Source: Acidimicrobiales bacterium
GTDB lineage: Bacteria > Actinomycetota > Acidimicrobiia > Acidimicrobiales > GCA-2861595
DNA length: 64,000 nucleotides
Direction: 5' to 3'
Assembly: GCA_035689115.1 (NCBI GenBank)
Contig: DASSMA010000058.1
Coordinates: 2,573 to 66,572, forward strand
Shown here: positions 26,892 through 36,692 of the stretch, one piece after another
Position numbering within the stretch: the first letter of the stretch is position 1
How the letters are laid out: every line of letters starts with the position of its first letter
Program-made: the position numbers and the translations under genes
The notes under the pieces: generated by a model
Seen by the model: only the letters and a program-made list of their open reading frames with translations
Told to the model about the DNA's origin: nothing
The model's database searches: none

Positions 26892-29258
26892 GTGACCGCA
26901 GTGCTCCTGCGCCTGCGCGCCGAGATCCGGGCCCGCTGGAAGGCGTGGCTGGCGCTCGCCGTGCTCAGCGGCGTCGTCGGCGGCGTGGCCGTCGCCGCCC
27001 TGGCCGGCGCCCGGCGCACGGAGACGGCCTACCAGCGCTTCCTGGCCGGCACCGGCGCCGCCGACGTCCTCCTGACCAACGGCGGCACGACGGCCGACAA
27101 CCTCAATCGCCAGTTCTCCCTCGACCAGCTGGCCGGGCTGCCCCAGGTCGCCCAGGTGGTGCCGATGCGCTACTACGCGCCGGAGGGCAGCACGGCCGCC
27201 GGCCGCCGGATCACCCAGGCCGACTTCTCGCCCTTCGCGCCGGTCGACGGCCGGTGGGGCAGCGAGGTCGACAGGCCGCGGATCCTCGAGGGTCGCCTGC
27301 CCCGCGGCGACCGGGAGATCGCCCTGCCCTTCTTCGCCGCCGACCGCCTGGGCGTGACGGTGGGCGACCGCCTCCGGCTCCGGCTGCTGCTGGCGGCGGC
27401 ACCCCCCGGGACCCCCGAGGCGCCCACCGAGGACGTCGACGTGGTGGGGTTGCTGGCCGTCCAGGGCGGGTTCCCGCCCCTCACCGGCGGCCTCCCGCCG
27501 CCGGCACTGCTGTCGCCGTCCTACGCCTCGTCGCACCCCGGGGCCGCCGAGGTGTTCGCCGTCCGCCTCCGCCGGGGCCGGGCCGCCATCACCTCGTTCG
27601 AGGACGCGCTCGACCGGCTGGCCCACGGCGAGCAGGTGGTCACCAGCAACCAGACCGAGGAGTCCGACGTCGTGCAGCGGGGGCTGGCCGTGGAGGCGAC
27701 CACCCTTCGCATCCTCGCCGCCGTGGTCGCCGGCGTGGCCCTCCTGCTCCTCGGCCAGGCCTTCGTGCGGGCCGCCTTCGTGGAGGCCGACGACTACCCG
27801 ACGCTGCGCGCCCTCGGCGCGAGCCGCGGCCAGCTGCGGTCGGTGGCGGCGGCCCGGGCGGCGGCGATCGCCGTGGCCGCCGGGGTGTTCGCCGCCGTTG
27901 CCGCCGTCGCGCTGTCCCCACTGACGCCCGTCGGCGTGGCCCGCCAGGCTGAGCTGCATCCGGGCGCCGAGGTCAACGTCGCCTACCTGGGCGCCGGGGC
28001 CGCCGCCGTCTCGGTGCTGGTGTTCCTCCTGGCCGCCTGGCCCGCCTGGCGATTCGCCCGTGCCGCCGGCGCCAGCCGACGGCAGGCGGGTTCGGTGGGG
28101 TCGCGCCTGGCGGCCGCCCTCAACGGGACGGCGCTCCCACCGCCGGCGACGTGCGGCGTGCACATGGCCCTGGAGCCGGGTCGCGGCCGCACGGCGGTGC
28201 CGGTGCGGGCCACCATCGTGAGCATCGTCCTCGCCGTGGCAGTCGTCACCGCCACCGTCACCTTCAGCGCCAGCCTGGGGCGGATCTACGGCGACCCCCG
28301 CCTCTACGGTTGGAACTGGGACATCCAGGTCGGGGACAGCTTCTCGCCGCCCAGCGACGGCGCCATCGCCCGCTACGCCGCCGATCCTGCGGTCTCGGCG
28401 GTGGCGGCGGCCACGATCGCGCGCGTGCAGATCGGCTCCGTGCGAGTCGACGCGCTGGCCAGCGAACCGGTGCGGGGCACCGTCGAGCCGGTGGTGATCC
28501 AGGGCCGGGCCCCGAGGGCGCCCGACGAGATCCTCCTCGGCAGCCGGACCCTGCGCGCCCTGGGCCGGCGGGTCGGCGACACGGTGACGGTGGAACTGGG
28601 CGACGGGCGGGCCCGCATGACCGTCGTGGGTCGCGGCGTGCTGACCGAGTTCGCCGGCGCCGCCGGTCTCGGGCGTGGCGCCGCCCTCACCCTCGACGGG
28701 CTGCGCCGGCTCAACCCGGAGGCGTCGGCCGACGTGGCCATGGTCCGCGTCCGGGCCGGGCCCGAGGGGCGCCGCTTCGTGGACAGGCTCACCGCCGCCG
28801 CGCCGGGCAACCTCTACCTGCCGTCGAAGCCGTCCGACCTCGCCGACCTCGAGCGGGTGGGTGGCCTCCCGTCGGCCGTCGCCGGCCTGGTCGCCGGGTT
28901 CGCCGTGGTCACCCTGGCCCAGATGCTCGTGGTCGGGGTGCGCCGCCGGCAGCGGGACCTGAGCGTCCTCAAGGTGCTCGGTTTCACGACGGGCCAGGTG
29001 TCGGCCGCCGTGGCCTGGCAGGCCAGCGTGGTCACCCTGCTCTGCGCCGCCGCCGGCCTGCCCCTCGGCGTGGCCGCCGGCCGGTGGGCGTGGCGGGAGT
29101 TCGCCGACCGCCTCGGGGTGCCCGCCCACCCCGTCGTCCCGGTCGCCCTGTTCGCCGCCGTCGCCGGGGCCGGACTCGTGCTCGCCAACCTGGCCGCCGC
29201 CGTGCCCGCCCGGCTGGCCGCCTCGACCCGGCCGGCGCGCGTGCTCCGCTCCGAGTGA
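26892..29258 (+). CDS. FtsX-family ABC transporter permease (two FtsX modules, MacB-like)
   Basis: 788 aa. An N-terminal TM helix is followed by large extracytoplasmic regions and two 4-TM FtsX-like blocks. There is no adjacent ATPase gene. Confidence 0.85.
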   Translation: MTAVLLRLRAEIRARWKAWLALAVLSGVVGGVAVAALAGARRTETAYQRFLAGTGAADVLLTNGGTTADNLNRQFSLDQLAGLPQVAQVVPMRYYAPEGSTAAGRRITQADFSPFAPVDGRWGSEVDRPRILEGRLPRGDREIALPFFAADRLGVTVGDRLRLRLLLAAAPPGTPEAPTEDVDVVGLLAVQGGFPPLTGGLPPPALLSPSYASSHPGAAEVFAVRLRRGRAAITSFEDALDRLAHGEQVVTSNQTEESDVVQRGLAVEATTLRILAAVVAGVALLLLGQAFVRAAFVEADDYPTLRALGASRGQLRSVAAARAAAIAVAAGVFAAVAAVALSPLTPVGVARQAELHPGAEVNVAYLGAGAAAVSVLVFLLAAWPAWRFARAAGASRRQAGSVGSRLAAALNGTALPPPATCGVHMALEPGRGRTAVPVRATIVSIVLAVAVVTATVTFSASLGRIYGDPRLYGWNWDIQVGDSFSPPSDGAIARYAADPAVSAVAAATIARVQIGSVRVDALASEPVRGTVEPVVIQGRAPRAPDEILLGSRTLRALGRRVGDTVTVELGDGRARMTVVGRGVLTEFAGAAGLGRGAALTLDGLRRLNPEASADVAMVRVRAGPEGRRFVDRLTAAAPGNLYLPSKPSDLADLERVGGLPSAVAGLVAGFAVVTLAQMLVVGVRRRQRDLSVLKVLGFTTGQVSAAVAWQASVVTLLCAAAGLPLGVAAGRWAWREFADRLGVPAHPVVPVALFAAVAGAGLVLANLAAAVPARLAASTRPARVLRSE

Positions 29259-29993
29259 CTACAGCAGCAGGGCGCCGGCCAGGGCGGCGGCCGCCTCCCG
29301 GAGGGGGCCGTCCGGTGCCAGGCCGGCGCCCGCCTTGTCGGACGCCACGACGCCGGTACTGAAGGGGAGGACCCCGGCCAGGGGGACGCCGTGGTCGCCG
29401 GCGACGTCGTCGAAGGACCAGCCGTCGCTCTGGCCGGCCTTGTTGCCCACCAGGCGCACGTCGCCGATGCCGTGCTCCCTCGCCCGGCTGACCACCCGGC
29501 CGGCGGTGACCGACGACTTGACGCTCGGCTCGGCGACCACCAGCAGGACGTCGACGTGGGCCAGTGTGCCCGAGGGCCGGTCGAGGTGCTCGAGGCCCGT
29601 CTCGAGGTCGAGGACGGCGGCGCCGGCCTCGCCGAGGGCGGTGCCCAACACGCCCCAGGGCGGGGCGTGGGCGGCGCAGGCGCACCCCGCCGCCTGCTCG
29701 GCGGCGGCCATGGCGTGCAGCACGGTGACGCCCGACGGGGTCACCAGGCCGAAGCCCGACACCAGCCGCTCGGGGCTGATGCCGCCGCCGCCCTTGCCAA
29801 CGATCAGCGCCCGCGGGACGGGGCGGGCACCGGCCGTCGCCTCGTGGCCGAGCCCGAGGCTGACGGCCAGGTTGGGCGTGGGGTCGGCGTCGACGGCCAG
29901 GACGCGCACGCCCCGCTCGGCCACGGCCAGGGCCAGCAGGGCGGCGACCGTGGTCTTGCCGGAGCCGGTCTTGCCGGCGACGCCGACGCGCAC
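29259..29993 (-). CDS. CooC-like MinD/ParA-type metal-insertion ATPase
   Basis: GTG start. Deviant Walker A: GVAGKTGSGKTTV. DADP motif: VLAVDADPTPNL. Cys-x-Cys motif: AAGCACAAH. Confidence 0.7.
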   Translation of the reverse strand: MRVGVAGKTGSGKTTVAALLALAVAERGVRVLAVDADPTPNLAVSLGLGHEATAGARPVPRALIVGKGGGGISPERLVSGFGLVTPSGVTVLHAMAAAEQAAGCACAAHAPPWGVLGTALGEAGAAVLDLETGLEHLDRPSGTLAHVDVLLVVAEPSVKSSVTAGRVVSRAREHGIGDVRLVGNKAGQSDGWSFDDVAGDHGVPLAGVLPFSTGVVASDKAGAGLAPDGPLREAAAALAGALLL

Positions 29994-30307
29994 GGTCAGG
30001 CCGCGCCCTGGTGGTGGAGCGCCGACGGCGTCATGGTGGGGGAGTCTTGCAGGTCGACGGACGACGGCGGCCGGGCAGGGTGCCCCTCACCCACCCTCCC
30101 CGGCGACGGCCGGCCGGCACGTGGTTGTGCGCAGTGCGCGCTGCCCGGTGACGTGTGCGCCGTGCGGGGCTGCTCGGTGCCGTTGCTGCACGGGCCCCTC
30201 CGCGCGACGAACCCGTTTCCGGGTGTGCGCCGGTCACCATGCCGCCGGCGCTCGGCCTCGTGCCCACTCCGACCGCCGCCGGGTACCTGCTCCTGCCCGG
30301 CCTGCCG

Positions 30308-30790
30308 TCATTCCGCCAGCTCGACTGCCCAGTTGGCCTCCTGGATCCGCACGTCCAGCTCCCGGTGCTGGCGGGCCAGGTCGTCGGCCTCCCGCCGGAG
30401 GTCGGCCACGGGGACGTCGGTGACCTGGCGCAGCTCGCTCCGCAGCTGGCGGGCGGCCCACATCGCCGTGCCGGGCTCGTGCTGGCCGGCGGCGGCGTCG
30501 GCCACCGCGGTCACCAGCCGGCGCCGCTGGGCCAGGGCGTCGCGGCGGGCGATGGCGTCGGTGATGGTGAACCCCGGCTCCAGCTCGGTGGCGGCGTTGG
30601 TGCGGTTGACGCGCCGAACGAGGTCCTCCGCCTCGTCGACGAGCACCCGGGCCTGGGCGAGGAGGGCGTTGGCGTCCTCCGCCGGGTGTTCGCCCTCCTG
30701 GTACCGGGCCGACGCCGCGGCCCGCGCCACCAGCTGCGCCAGCCGCTTCTGGGCGTCGCTCCGCAGGGAAAGGGCTTCCGCCAGCTTCAT
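30308..30790 (-). CDS. DIP1984-family (septicolysin-like) protein
   Basis: Starts at [20 protein letters not shown] (ATG at 30790). Later motifs are [19 protein letters not shown] and QEANW. Confidence 0.7.
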   Translation of the reverse strand: MKLAEALSLRSDAQKRLAQLVARAAASARYQEGEHPAEDANALLAQARVLVDEAEDLVRRVNRTNAATELEPGFTITDAIARRDALAQRRRLVTAVADAAAGQHEPGTAMWAARQLRSELRQVTDVPVADLRREADDLARQHRELDVRIQEANWAVELAE

Positions 30791-30820
30791 GGCCGAGAGT
30801 GTCGCGCCCGCACCTCGCAA

Positions 30821-30858
30821 GTAACAACGGGTTTTGGAGCCGGAAACGGTCCGGAAAC
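30821..30858 (+). promoter_or_regulatory. candidate GlnR-type box upstream of ureA
   Basis: GTAAC-n6-TTTTG-n6-GAAAC-n6-GAAAC, that is, pentamers on an exact 11 nt period, 25 nt upstream of the ureA GTG. Confidence 0.35.
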
Positions 30859-30882
30859 ACCTCCTGTCTAGCTTCCGCCGGC

Positions 30883-31185
30883 GTGAACCTGACGCCGGCC
30901 GACGTCGACAAGCTCCTGCTGTCGGTGGCCGCCATGGTCGCCCGCGACCGCCGGGCCAGGGGCGTGAAGCTCAACCTGCCGGAGGCCACCGCCCTGCTGT
31001 CGTCGTTCGTGCTGGAGGGGGCGCGCGACGGGCGCCCGGTGCGGGAGCTGATGGCCGACGGTCGCCACGTGCTCACCCGCGACGACGTGATGGAGGGAGT
31101 CCCGGAGGTGCTGCACGAGGTTCAGGTCGAGGCCACGTTCCCCGACGGCACCAAGCTGGTGACGATCCACCAGCCGATCCCGTGA
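30883..31185 (+). CDS. ureA: urease subunit gamma
   Basis: GTG start. [35 protein letters not shown]..., 100 aa. Confidence 0.9.
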   Translation: MNLTPADVDKLLLSVAAMVARDRRARGVKLNLPEATALLSSFVLEGARDGRPVRELMADGRHVLTRDDVMEGVPEVLHEVQVEATFPDGTKLVTIHQPIP

Positions 31186-31478
31186 CGGTCCCTGGGGAGG
31201 TGGTCGCCGGCGACGGCGAGGTGGAGCTGAACCCGGGCCGGGCGCGGGTGACGCTGGTGGTCGAGAACACCGGCGACCGGCCCGTGCAGGTGGGGTCCCA
31301 CTTCCACTTCGCCGACGTCAACGCCGCCCTGGCCTTCGACCGGGCGGCGGCCGACGGCATGCGCCTCGACGTCCCCGCCGGCACCGGCGTCCGCTTCGAG
31401 CCGGGCGTTTCCCGCGAGGTCACCCTCGTCGCCCTGGCCGGCGCCCGCTCCGTTCCCGGCCTCCAGCGGCGGGCCTGA
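31182..31478 (+). CDS. ureB: urease subunit beta
   Basis: GTGA overlap with ureA. Motif: PGEV...ELNPGR...[19 protein letters not shown]. Confidence 0.9.
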   Translation: MTVPGEVVAGDGEVELNPGRARVTLVVENTGDRPVQVGSHFHFADVNAALAFDRAAADGMRLDVPAGTGVRFEPGVSREVTLVALAGARSVPGLQRRA

Positions 31479-33181
31479 TGCGGATCGACCGCCGGCGCTA
31501 CGCCGAGCTGTACGGGCCCACGGTGGGCGACCGCGTGCGGCTGGCCGACACCGACCTGTGGATCAGCCCCACCGAGGACCGCACGGCGCCCGCCGGCCCG
31601 GGCGACGAGGTGGTGTTCGGCGGCGGCAAGGTGGTGCGGGAGTCGATGGGCCAGGCCCTCACGTCGGCCGTCGACCTGGTGATCACCAACGTGGTGGTGC
31701 TCGACCACTGGGGCGTGGTGAAGGCCGACGTGGGCGTGAAGGACGGTCGCATCACCGCCGTCGGCAAGGCCGGGAACCCCGACGTCATGGACGGCGTCGC
31801 GCCCGACCTGGTGGTGGGCCCGGAGACGGAGGTGCTGGCGGGGGAGGGGCGCATCCTCACCGCCGGCACCGTCGACTGCCACGTCCACCTCATCTGCCCC
31901 GGCGTGGTGGAGGCGGGCCTCGCCGCCGGCACCACCACGGTGGTCGGCGGCGGCACCGGGCCGGCGGAGGGCACCAAGGCCACCACCGTCACCCCCGGTG
32001 CGTTCTACCTGGCGAGGATGCTCGAGGCCCTCGACCCGTGGCCGGTCAACGTCGCCCTCCTCGGCAAGGGCAACACGGTGTCCCAGGAGGCGCTGGACGC
32101 CCAGGCCCGGGCCGGCGCCGCCGGCTTCAAGCTGCACGAGGACTGGGGCACCACGCCGGCCGCCATCGACGCCTGCCTCACCGCCTGCGACCGCCTCGGC
32201 CTGCAGGTGGCCATCCACACCGACACCCTCAACGAGGCCGGGTTCGTGGGCGACACGCTGGCCGCCATCGCCGGCCGGGGCATCCACGCCTACCACACCG
32301 AGGGTGCCGGCGGCGGCCACGCCCCCGACATCATCACCGTGGCCTCGCACCCCAACGTGCTGCCGTCGTCCACCAACCCGACCCGGCCGCACACGGTCAA
32401 CACCATCGACGAGCACCTCGACATGCTCATGGTGTGCCACCACCTCAACCCGAAGGTGGCCGAGGACGTGGCGTTCGCCGAGAGCCGCATCCGCCCGTCC
32501 ACCATCGCGGCCGAGGACTGGCTGCACGACATGGGCGCCATCTCCATGATCGGGTCCGACTCCCAGGCCATGGGCCGGGTGGGCGAGGTCGTGCTGCGCA
32601 CCTGGCAGACGGCCCACGTGATGAAGGCCCGCCGCGGCCCGCTGCCCGGCGAGCCGGTGGCCGGCGCCGACAACCTGCGGGCCCGCCGCTACGTGGCCAA
32701 GTACACCATCTGCCCGGCCGTGGCCCACGGCCTCGACGGCGAGGTCGGCTCGGTGGAGCCCGGCAAGCTGGCCGACCTGGTGCTGTGGGACCCCGCCTGG
32801 TTCGGCGTCCGCCCGCACGTGGTCGTGAAGGGCGGGATGATCGCCTGGGCGCCGATGGGCGACGCCAACGCGTCCATCCCCACGCCCCAGCCGGTGCTCT
32901 CCCGCCCCATGTTCGGCGCCACCACCGCCGGCGCCCTCTCGGTGTCCTGGGTGGCGCCGGCCGCCCTCGACGCCGGCCTGGGCGACCGCCTGGCCCTGCG
33001 CCGGCGCCTCCTCCCGGTGGGCGACACCCGCGCCGTCGGCAAGGCCCACCTGCCCGAGAACACCGCCACGCCGGCCATCGAGGTCGACCCCTCCACCTTC
33101 ACCGTCCGCATCGACGGCGTCGAGGTCGTCCCCGACCCCGTGGCGGTGCTCCCCATGGCCCAGCGCTATGCCCTCTTCTGA
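31478..33181 (+). CDS. ureC: urease subunit alpha
   Basis: 567 aa. Motifs: [27 protein letters not shown], and a C-terminus PMAQRYALF. Confidence 0.97.
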   Translation: MRIDRRRYAELYGPTVGDRVRLADTDLWISPTEDRTAPAGPGDEVVFGGGKVVRESMGQALTSAVDLVITNVVVLDHWGVVKADVGVKDGRITAVGKAGNPDVMDGVAPDLVVGPETEVLAGEGRILTAGTVDCHVHLICPGVVEAGLAAGTTTVVGGGTGPAEGTKATTVTPGAFYLARMLEALDPWPVNVALLGKGNTVSQEALDAQARAGAAGFKLHEDWGTTPAAIDACLTACDRLGLQVAIHTDTLNEAGFVGDTLAAIAGRGIHAYHTEGAGGGHAPDIITVASHPNVLPSSTNPTRPHTVNTIDEHLDMLMVCHHLNPKVAEDVAFAESRIRPSTIAAEDWLHDMGAISMIGSDSQAMGRVGEVVLRTWQTAHVMKARRGPLPGEPVAGADNLRARRYVAKYTICPAVAHGLDGEVGSVEPGKLADLVLWDPAWFGVRPHVVVKGGMIAWAPMGDANASIPTPQPVLSRPMFGATTAGALSVSWVAPAALDAGLGDRLALRRRLLPVGDTRAVGKAHLPENTATPAIEVDPSTFTVRIDGVEVVPDPVAVLPMAQRYALF

Positions 33182-33182
33182 C

Positions 33183-33234
33183 CCGTCCCGAGTACATAGC
33201 GTGCGGAATCCGCACCCTATGTACTCGGGAACGG
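33183..33234. repeat. palindromic element, family A, copy 2
   Basis: ccgtcccgagtacatagcgtgcgg-aat-ccgcaccctatgtactcgggaacgg. The arms match copy 1 at 21468-21520. It starts 2 nt after the ureC stop. Confidence 0.9.
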
Positions 33235-33857
33235 CAGTCCTGCTCCTGTTGGGGGACGGGCGGTTCCCGGGCGGCGGGCATGCCCACTCGGGCGGGCTGG
33301 AGGCGGCGGTGGCCGAGGGACGGGTGACGGGCGCCAGCGGCCTGCGGGCCTTCCTGGAGGGGAAGCTCCACACCACCGGGGTCACCGACGCCTGGCTGGC
33401 GGCGGCCGCCTGCGCCGGCGCCGACCCGAGCCTCATGGAGGCGGAGTGCGAGGCCCGCTGCCCGTCGCCGGCGCTGCGGGCGGCCGGCCGGGCGCTCGGC
33501 CGGGGGCTGCGGCGGGCGGCGGCCCGGTCCTGGCCGGAGATCGCCGGCGTCGGCGTCGAGCAGCACCCGGTGGTGCTCGGCCTGGTGGCGCGGGCCGCCG
33601 GCCTGGCGCCGGCCGGCGCCGCCTCGCTGGCGGTGCACGGGATGCTGGCCGGCGGGGCCTCGGCCGCCGTGCGGCTCCTGCCCCTGGACATGGCCGACGC
33701 CATGGCGGTGGTGGCCGGGCTGGCGCCGGAGGCCGACGCGGTGGCGGCAGAGGCGGCGGCCCTTGCCCTGGAGGACGGGCCGGCCCGCTCGGCGCCGGTG
33801 CTGGAGCGGCGGGCCGAGGAGCACGCCCGCTGGGAGGTGCGGCTCTTTGCATCGTGA
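33219..33857 (+). CDS. ureF: urease accessory protein UreF
   Basis: [31 protein letters not shown] matches the usual UreF N-terminal length and motif. A longer in-frame ATG at 33168 overlaps the end of ureC. Confidence 0.85.
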   Translation: MYSGTAVLLLLGDGRFPGGGHAHSGGLEAAVAEGRVTGASGLRAFLEGKLHTTGVTDAWLAAAACAGADPSLMEAECEARCPSPALRAAGRALGRGLRRAAARSWPEIAGVGVEQHPVVLGLVARAAGLAPAGAASLAVHGMLAGGASAAVRLLPLDMADAMAVVAGLAPEADAVAAEAAALALEDGPARSAPVLERRAEEHARWEVRLFAS

Positions 33858-34500
33858 CCACGACGCCGACCTGGGCGGGGCCAACGGCACGCCGCCGCCG
33901 CCGGGCGGCCCGCTGCGCGTCGGCATCGGCGGGCCGGTGGGCTCGGGCAAGACGGCGCTGGTGGCGGCGCTGTGCCGCGCCCTGGCGGGGCGCCGGCAGG
34001 TGGCCGTCGTCACCAACGACATCTACACGCGCGAGGACGCCGAGTTCCTCCTGCGGGCCGGCGTCCTCGACCCCGACCGCATCGCCAGCGTGGAGACGGG
34101 CTGCTGCCCGCACACCGCCATCCGCGACGACGTGGCCGCCAACCTCGACGCCGTCGAGGGCCTGACCGCCCGCCACCCGGGGCTCGAGCTGGTGCTGGTC
34201 GAGTCCGGCGGCGACAACCTCACCGCCACCTTCAGCCCCGCCCTCGCCGACGTGCAGCTGTTCGTGATCGACGTCGCCGGCGGGGACAAGGTGCCCCGGA
34301 AGGGCGGGCCGGGCGTCCGGGCCTCCGACCTCCTGGTGGTGAACAAGACCGACCTGGCCCCCTACGTCGGCGCCGACCTGGCCGTCATGGCGCGCGACGC
34401 CGAGCGGCAGCGCAACGGGGCGCCCACGGTGTTCCTCTCGCTGGTCGAGGACCCGCTGGCGTCGCAGGTGGCCGCCTTCGTCGAGGACAGGTTGGGCTGA
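33847..34500 (+). CDS. ureG: urease accessory GTPase UreG
   Basis: TTG at 33847 gives (M)[10 protein letters not shown]... Motifs: P-loop [18 protein letters not shown]-like [19 protein letters not shown]. Confidence 0.9.
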   Translation: MHRDHDADLGGANGTPPPPGGPLRVGIGGPVGSGKTALVAALCRALAGRRQVAVVTNDIYTREDAEFLLRAGVLDPDRIASVETGCCPHTAIRDDVAANLDAVEGLTARHPGLELVLVESGGDNLTATFSPALADVQLFVIDVAGGDKVPRKGGPGVRASDLLVVNKTDLAPYVGADLAVMARDAERQRNGAPTVFLSLVEDPLASQVAAFVEDRLG

Positions 34501-35252
34501 TGGACGCCGCCCTCGACGTGGCGGTGGAGGGGCACCGGGTGGTGCGCCTGGCCGCCACGCCGCCGCTGGCGGCCAAGGTGCTCCCCGGCGCTCAGCTGCT
34601 CGTCGTGGGCGCCGCCGCGTCCCTGCTCGAGGGCGACCGGCTGCAGGTGCGGCTGCGCCTCGGCCCCGGCGCCCGGCTCACGGTGCGTACGGTCGCCGCC
34701 ACCCTCGCCCACCCGTGCCCGGGCGGCGGGGAGACCCGGTTCGACGTGGAGGCCGACCTCGGCGCCGGCAGCCGCCTGGCCTGGCTGCCCGAGCCGCTGG
34801 TGGCGTGCGCCGGCTGCGGCCACGCCGGGCGGGCCCGCCTGCGCCTCGGCCCCGGCGCCGCTGCCCTGTGGTGGGAGGCGCTGGCGCTGGGCCGCACCGG
34901 CGAGGAGCCCGGCTCGCTCGACCTGCGCCTCGACGCCGACCTGGCTGGTGCGCCACTGCTGCGCGACGGCCTGATGGTTGGCGGCGGCGCAGGCGGCTGG
35001 GACGGCCCGGCGGTCCTCGACGGCGCCCGTCACCTGGGCACGCTCGCCCTGCTTGGTCTCGATGACCCGGAACCGGCCGCCGGGGTCATGCCGCTGGCTG
35101 GCCCCGGCGCCGTCGCCCGGGCGGCCGGAGCCGACGCTGCTGCCGTCGAGCACTCGCTCGGCCCTGTCCGCGGGCGCTGGAACGCATTGCTCGCGAACCC
35201 GTCACAAAGGGTAAACGTCGCAAAAGGTTGCGTACAGCAGATAGTCATGTAG
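34500..35252 (+). CDS. ureD: urease accessory protein UreD/UreH
   Basis: The ATG overlaps the ureG stop (TGATG). The assignment rests on position and size. The last 17 or so codons have low GC and look like read-through into the intergenic region. Confidence 0.75.
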   Translation: MDAALDVAVEGHRVVRLAATPPLAAKVLPGAQLLVVGAAASLLEGDRLQVRLRLGPGARLTVRTVAATLAHPCPGGGETRFDVEADLGAGSRLAWLPEPLVACAGCGHAGRARLRLGPGAAALWWEALALGRTGEEPGSLDLRLDADLAGAPLLRDGLMVGGGAGGWDGPAVLDGARHLGTLALLGLDDPEPAAGVMPLAGPGAVARAAGADAAAVEHSLGPVRGRWNALLANPSQRVNVAKGCVQQIVM

Positions 35253-35265
35253 CTGACGCCGGCAG

Positions 35266-35281
35266 GCAACGGTTGGGCAAC
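35266..35281 (+). promoter_or_regulatory. candidate GlnR-type half-box upstream of urtA
   Basis: GCAAC-n6-GCAAC (AC-n9-AC), 74 nt upstream of the urtA start. Confidence 0.25.
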
Positions 35282-35354
35282 GGGCGATTCCTAGCGTTCG
35301 TCGGGACACAGGGGCTCGACGGCCGCAGCGCCGTCAGGGAGAGGGGAGTTTGCA

Positions 35355-36662
35355 TTGGGACAGGGACGGGTCGCTTCGCGTCTGCGAGCGGGATGGAAAC
35401 CCGTGGTGGTGGGCCTGGCGCTGGCGACGACATTCGCCGCCTGCGGCAACGACAGCAACTCGGCGGCGGGGACCAAGACGACGGGTGGAAGTGACTCGAC
35501 GGCGGCGTCGGGCGGCACCATCAAGGTGGGCGTGCTCCAGTCGTTGAGCGGCACCATGTCGATCAGCGAGGTGGCGGTGAAGAACTCCGAGCTGCTCGCC
35601 ATCAAGGAGATCAACGACGCCGGCGGCGTGATGGGCAAGAAGCTCGAGCCGGTGGTGGAGGACGGCGAGTCCAAGCCCGAGGTCTTCGCCCAGAAGATCC
35701 AGAAGCTGCTGACCCAGGACGACGTGTCGGTGGTGTTCGGCGGGTGGACGTCGGCCAGCCGCAAGGCCATGAAGCCGGTGGTCGAGGGCGCCCACGGCCT
35801 GCTCTTCTACCCCGTGCAGTACGAGGGCCTCGAGGTGTCGCCGAACATCTTCTACACCGGCGCCACCACCAACCAGCAGATCGTCCCGGCCCTCGACTAC
35901 CTGAAGGAGAAGGGCCTCACCAAGGTCTTCCTGGTCGGTTCGGACTACGTGTTCCCGCGCACCGCCAACAAGGAGATCAAGGCCTACGCGGCGGCCAACG
36001 GCCTCCAGATCCTCGGCGAGGAGTACCTCCAGCTGGGCGACACCAACGTGCAGGGCATCGTCCAGAAGGTGCTCGACGCCAAGCCCCAGGTCGTGTTCAA
36101 CACCCTGAACGGCGACTCCAACGTGGCGTTCTTCAAGGAGCTCAAGGCCAAGGGCAACACGCCGGACAAGATCCAGACCGTCTCGGTGTCGATCGCCGAG
36201 GAAGAGGTCGGCGGCGTCGGCGTCGACAACCTCGCCGGCCACCTGGTGGCGTGGAACTACTACCAGACCACCGACCTGCCCAAGAACAAGGAGTTCGTGG
36301 CAGGCTTCCAGAAGGAGTACGGCGCCGACAAGCACACCGACGACCCCATCGAGGCCGGGTACAACTCGGTCTACATCTGGAAGGCGGCCGTGGAGAAGGC
36401 CGGCTCCTTCGACGTCGCCAAGGTGATCCCCGCCGCCGCCGGGATCGAGCTGGACACGCCGGAGGGCCACCTCACGGTCCACGCTTCCAACCACCACGTC
36501 TACAAGACGGCCCGTATCGGCATGGTGAACAGCAACGGGCTCATCGACGAGGTGTGGAACTCGGGCCAGCCGGTCGCCCCGGACCCGTGCCTCGACACCT
36601 ACCCGTGGGCCAAGGGCCTGGCCACCGGCGAGGCCAGAGCCGAGTGCGACGCCGCCAAGTAG
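35355..36662 (+). CDS. urtA: urea ABC transporter substrate-binding lipoprotein
   Basis: TTG start after GGGAGAGGGGAG. Lipobox LATTFAACG. The body is a UrtA/LivJ-type periplasmic binding protein sequence. Confidence 0.9.
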   Translation: MGQGRVASRLRAGWKPVVVGLALATTFAACGNDSNSAAGTKTTGGSDSTAASGGTIKVGVLQSLSGTMSISEVAVKNSELLAIKEINDAGGVMGKKLEPVVEDGESKPEVFAQKIQKLLTQDDVSVVFGGWTSASRKAMKPVVEGAHGLLFYPVQYEGLEVSPNIFYTGATTNQQIVPALDYLKEKGLTKVFLVGSDYVFPRTANKEIKAYAAANGLQILGEEYLQLGDTNVQGIVQKVLDAKPQVVFNTLNGDSNVAFFKELKAKGNTPDKIQTVSVSIAEEEVGGVGVDNLAGHLVAWNYYQTTDLPKNKEFVAGFQKEYGADKHTDDPIEAGYNSVYIWKAAVEKAGSFDVAKVIPAAAGIELDTPEGHLTVHASNHHVYKTARIGMVNSNGLIDEVWNSGQPVAPDPCLDTYPWAKGLATGEARAECDAAK

Positions 36663-36692
36663 CGGGGCCGTAGCGCGAACGGGGAGGGCGAC

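Noticed and set aside
30033-30307. Cys-rich ORF (MVGESCRSTDDGGRAGC...CAQCALPGDVCAVRGCS...) in the 314 nt gap between the CooC-like and DIP1984 genes.
   Set aside because: Third-position GC is about 81% by hand count, against nearly 100% in confirmed genes. The frame continues antisense through the DIP1984 gene, and there is no start context. I treat this region as non-coding.
33168-33218. Longer UreF beginning at ATG 33168 ([17 protein letters not shown]...).
   Set aside because: It would overlap ureC by 14 nt and add 17 residues encoded purely by the repeat. The ATG at 33219 reproduces the usual UreF N-terminal length. I keep this as an alternative only.
30883-35252. Missing ureE as a sign of a degraded urease cluster.
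   Set aside because: ureABCFGD without ureE is the normal actinobacterial organisation, and all six genes are intact.
35200-35252. Low-GC 3' tail of ureD (…ANPSQRVNVAKGCVQQIVM) as a separate small feature.
   Set aside because: There is no stop codon before 35250-35252, so it is simply the read-through end of ureD. It probably overlaps the urtA regulatory region.
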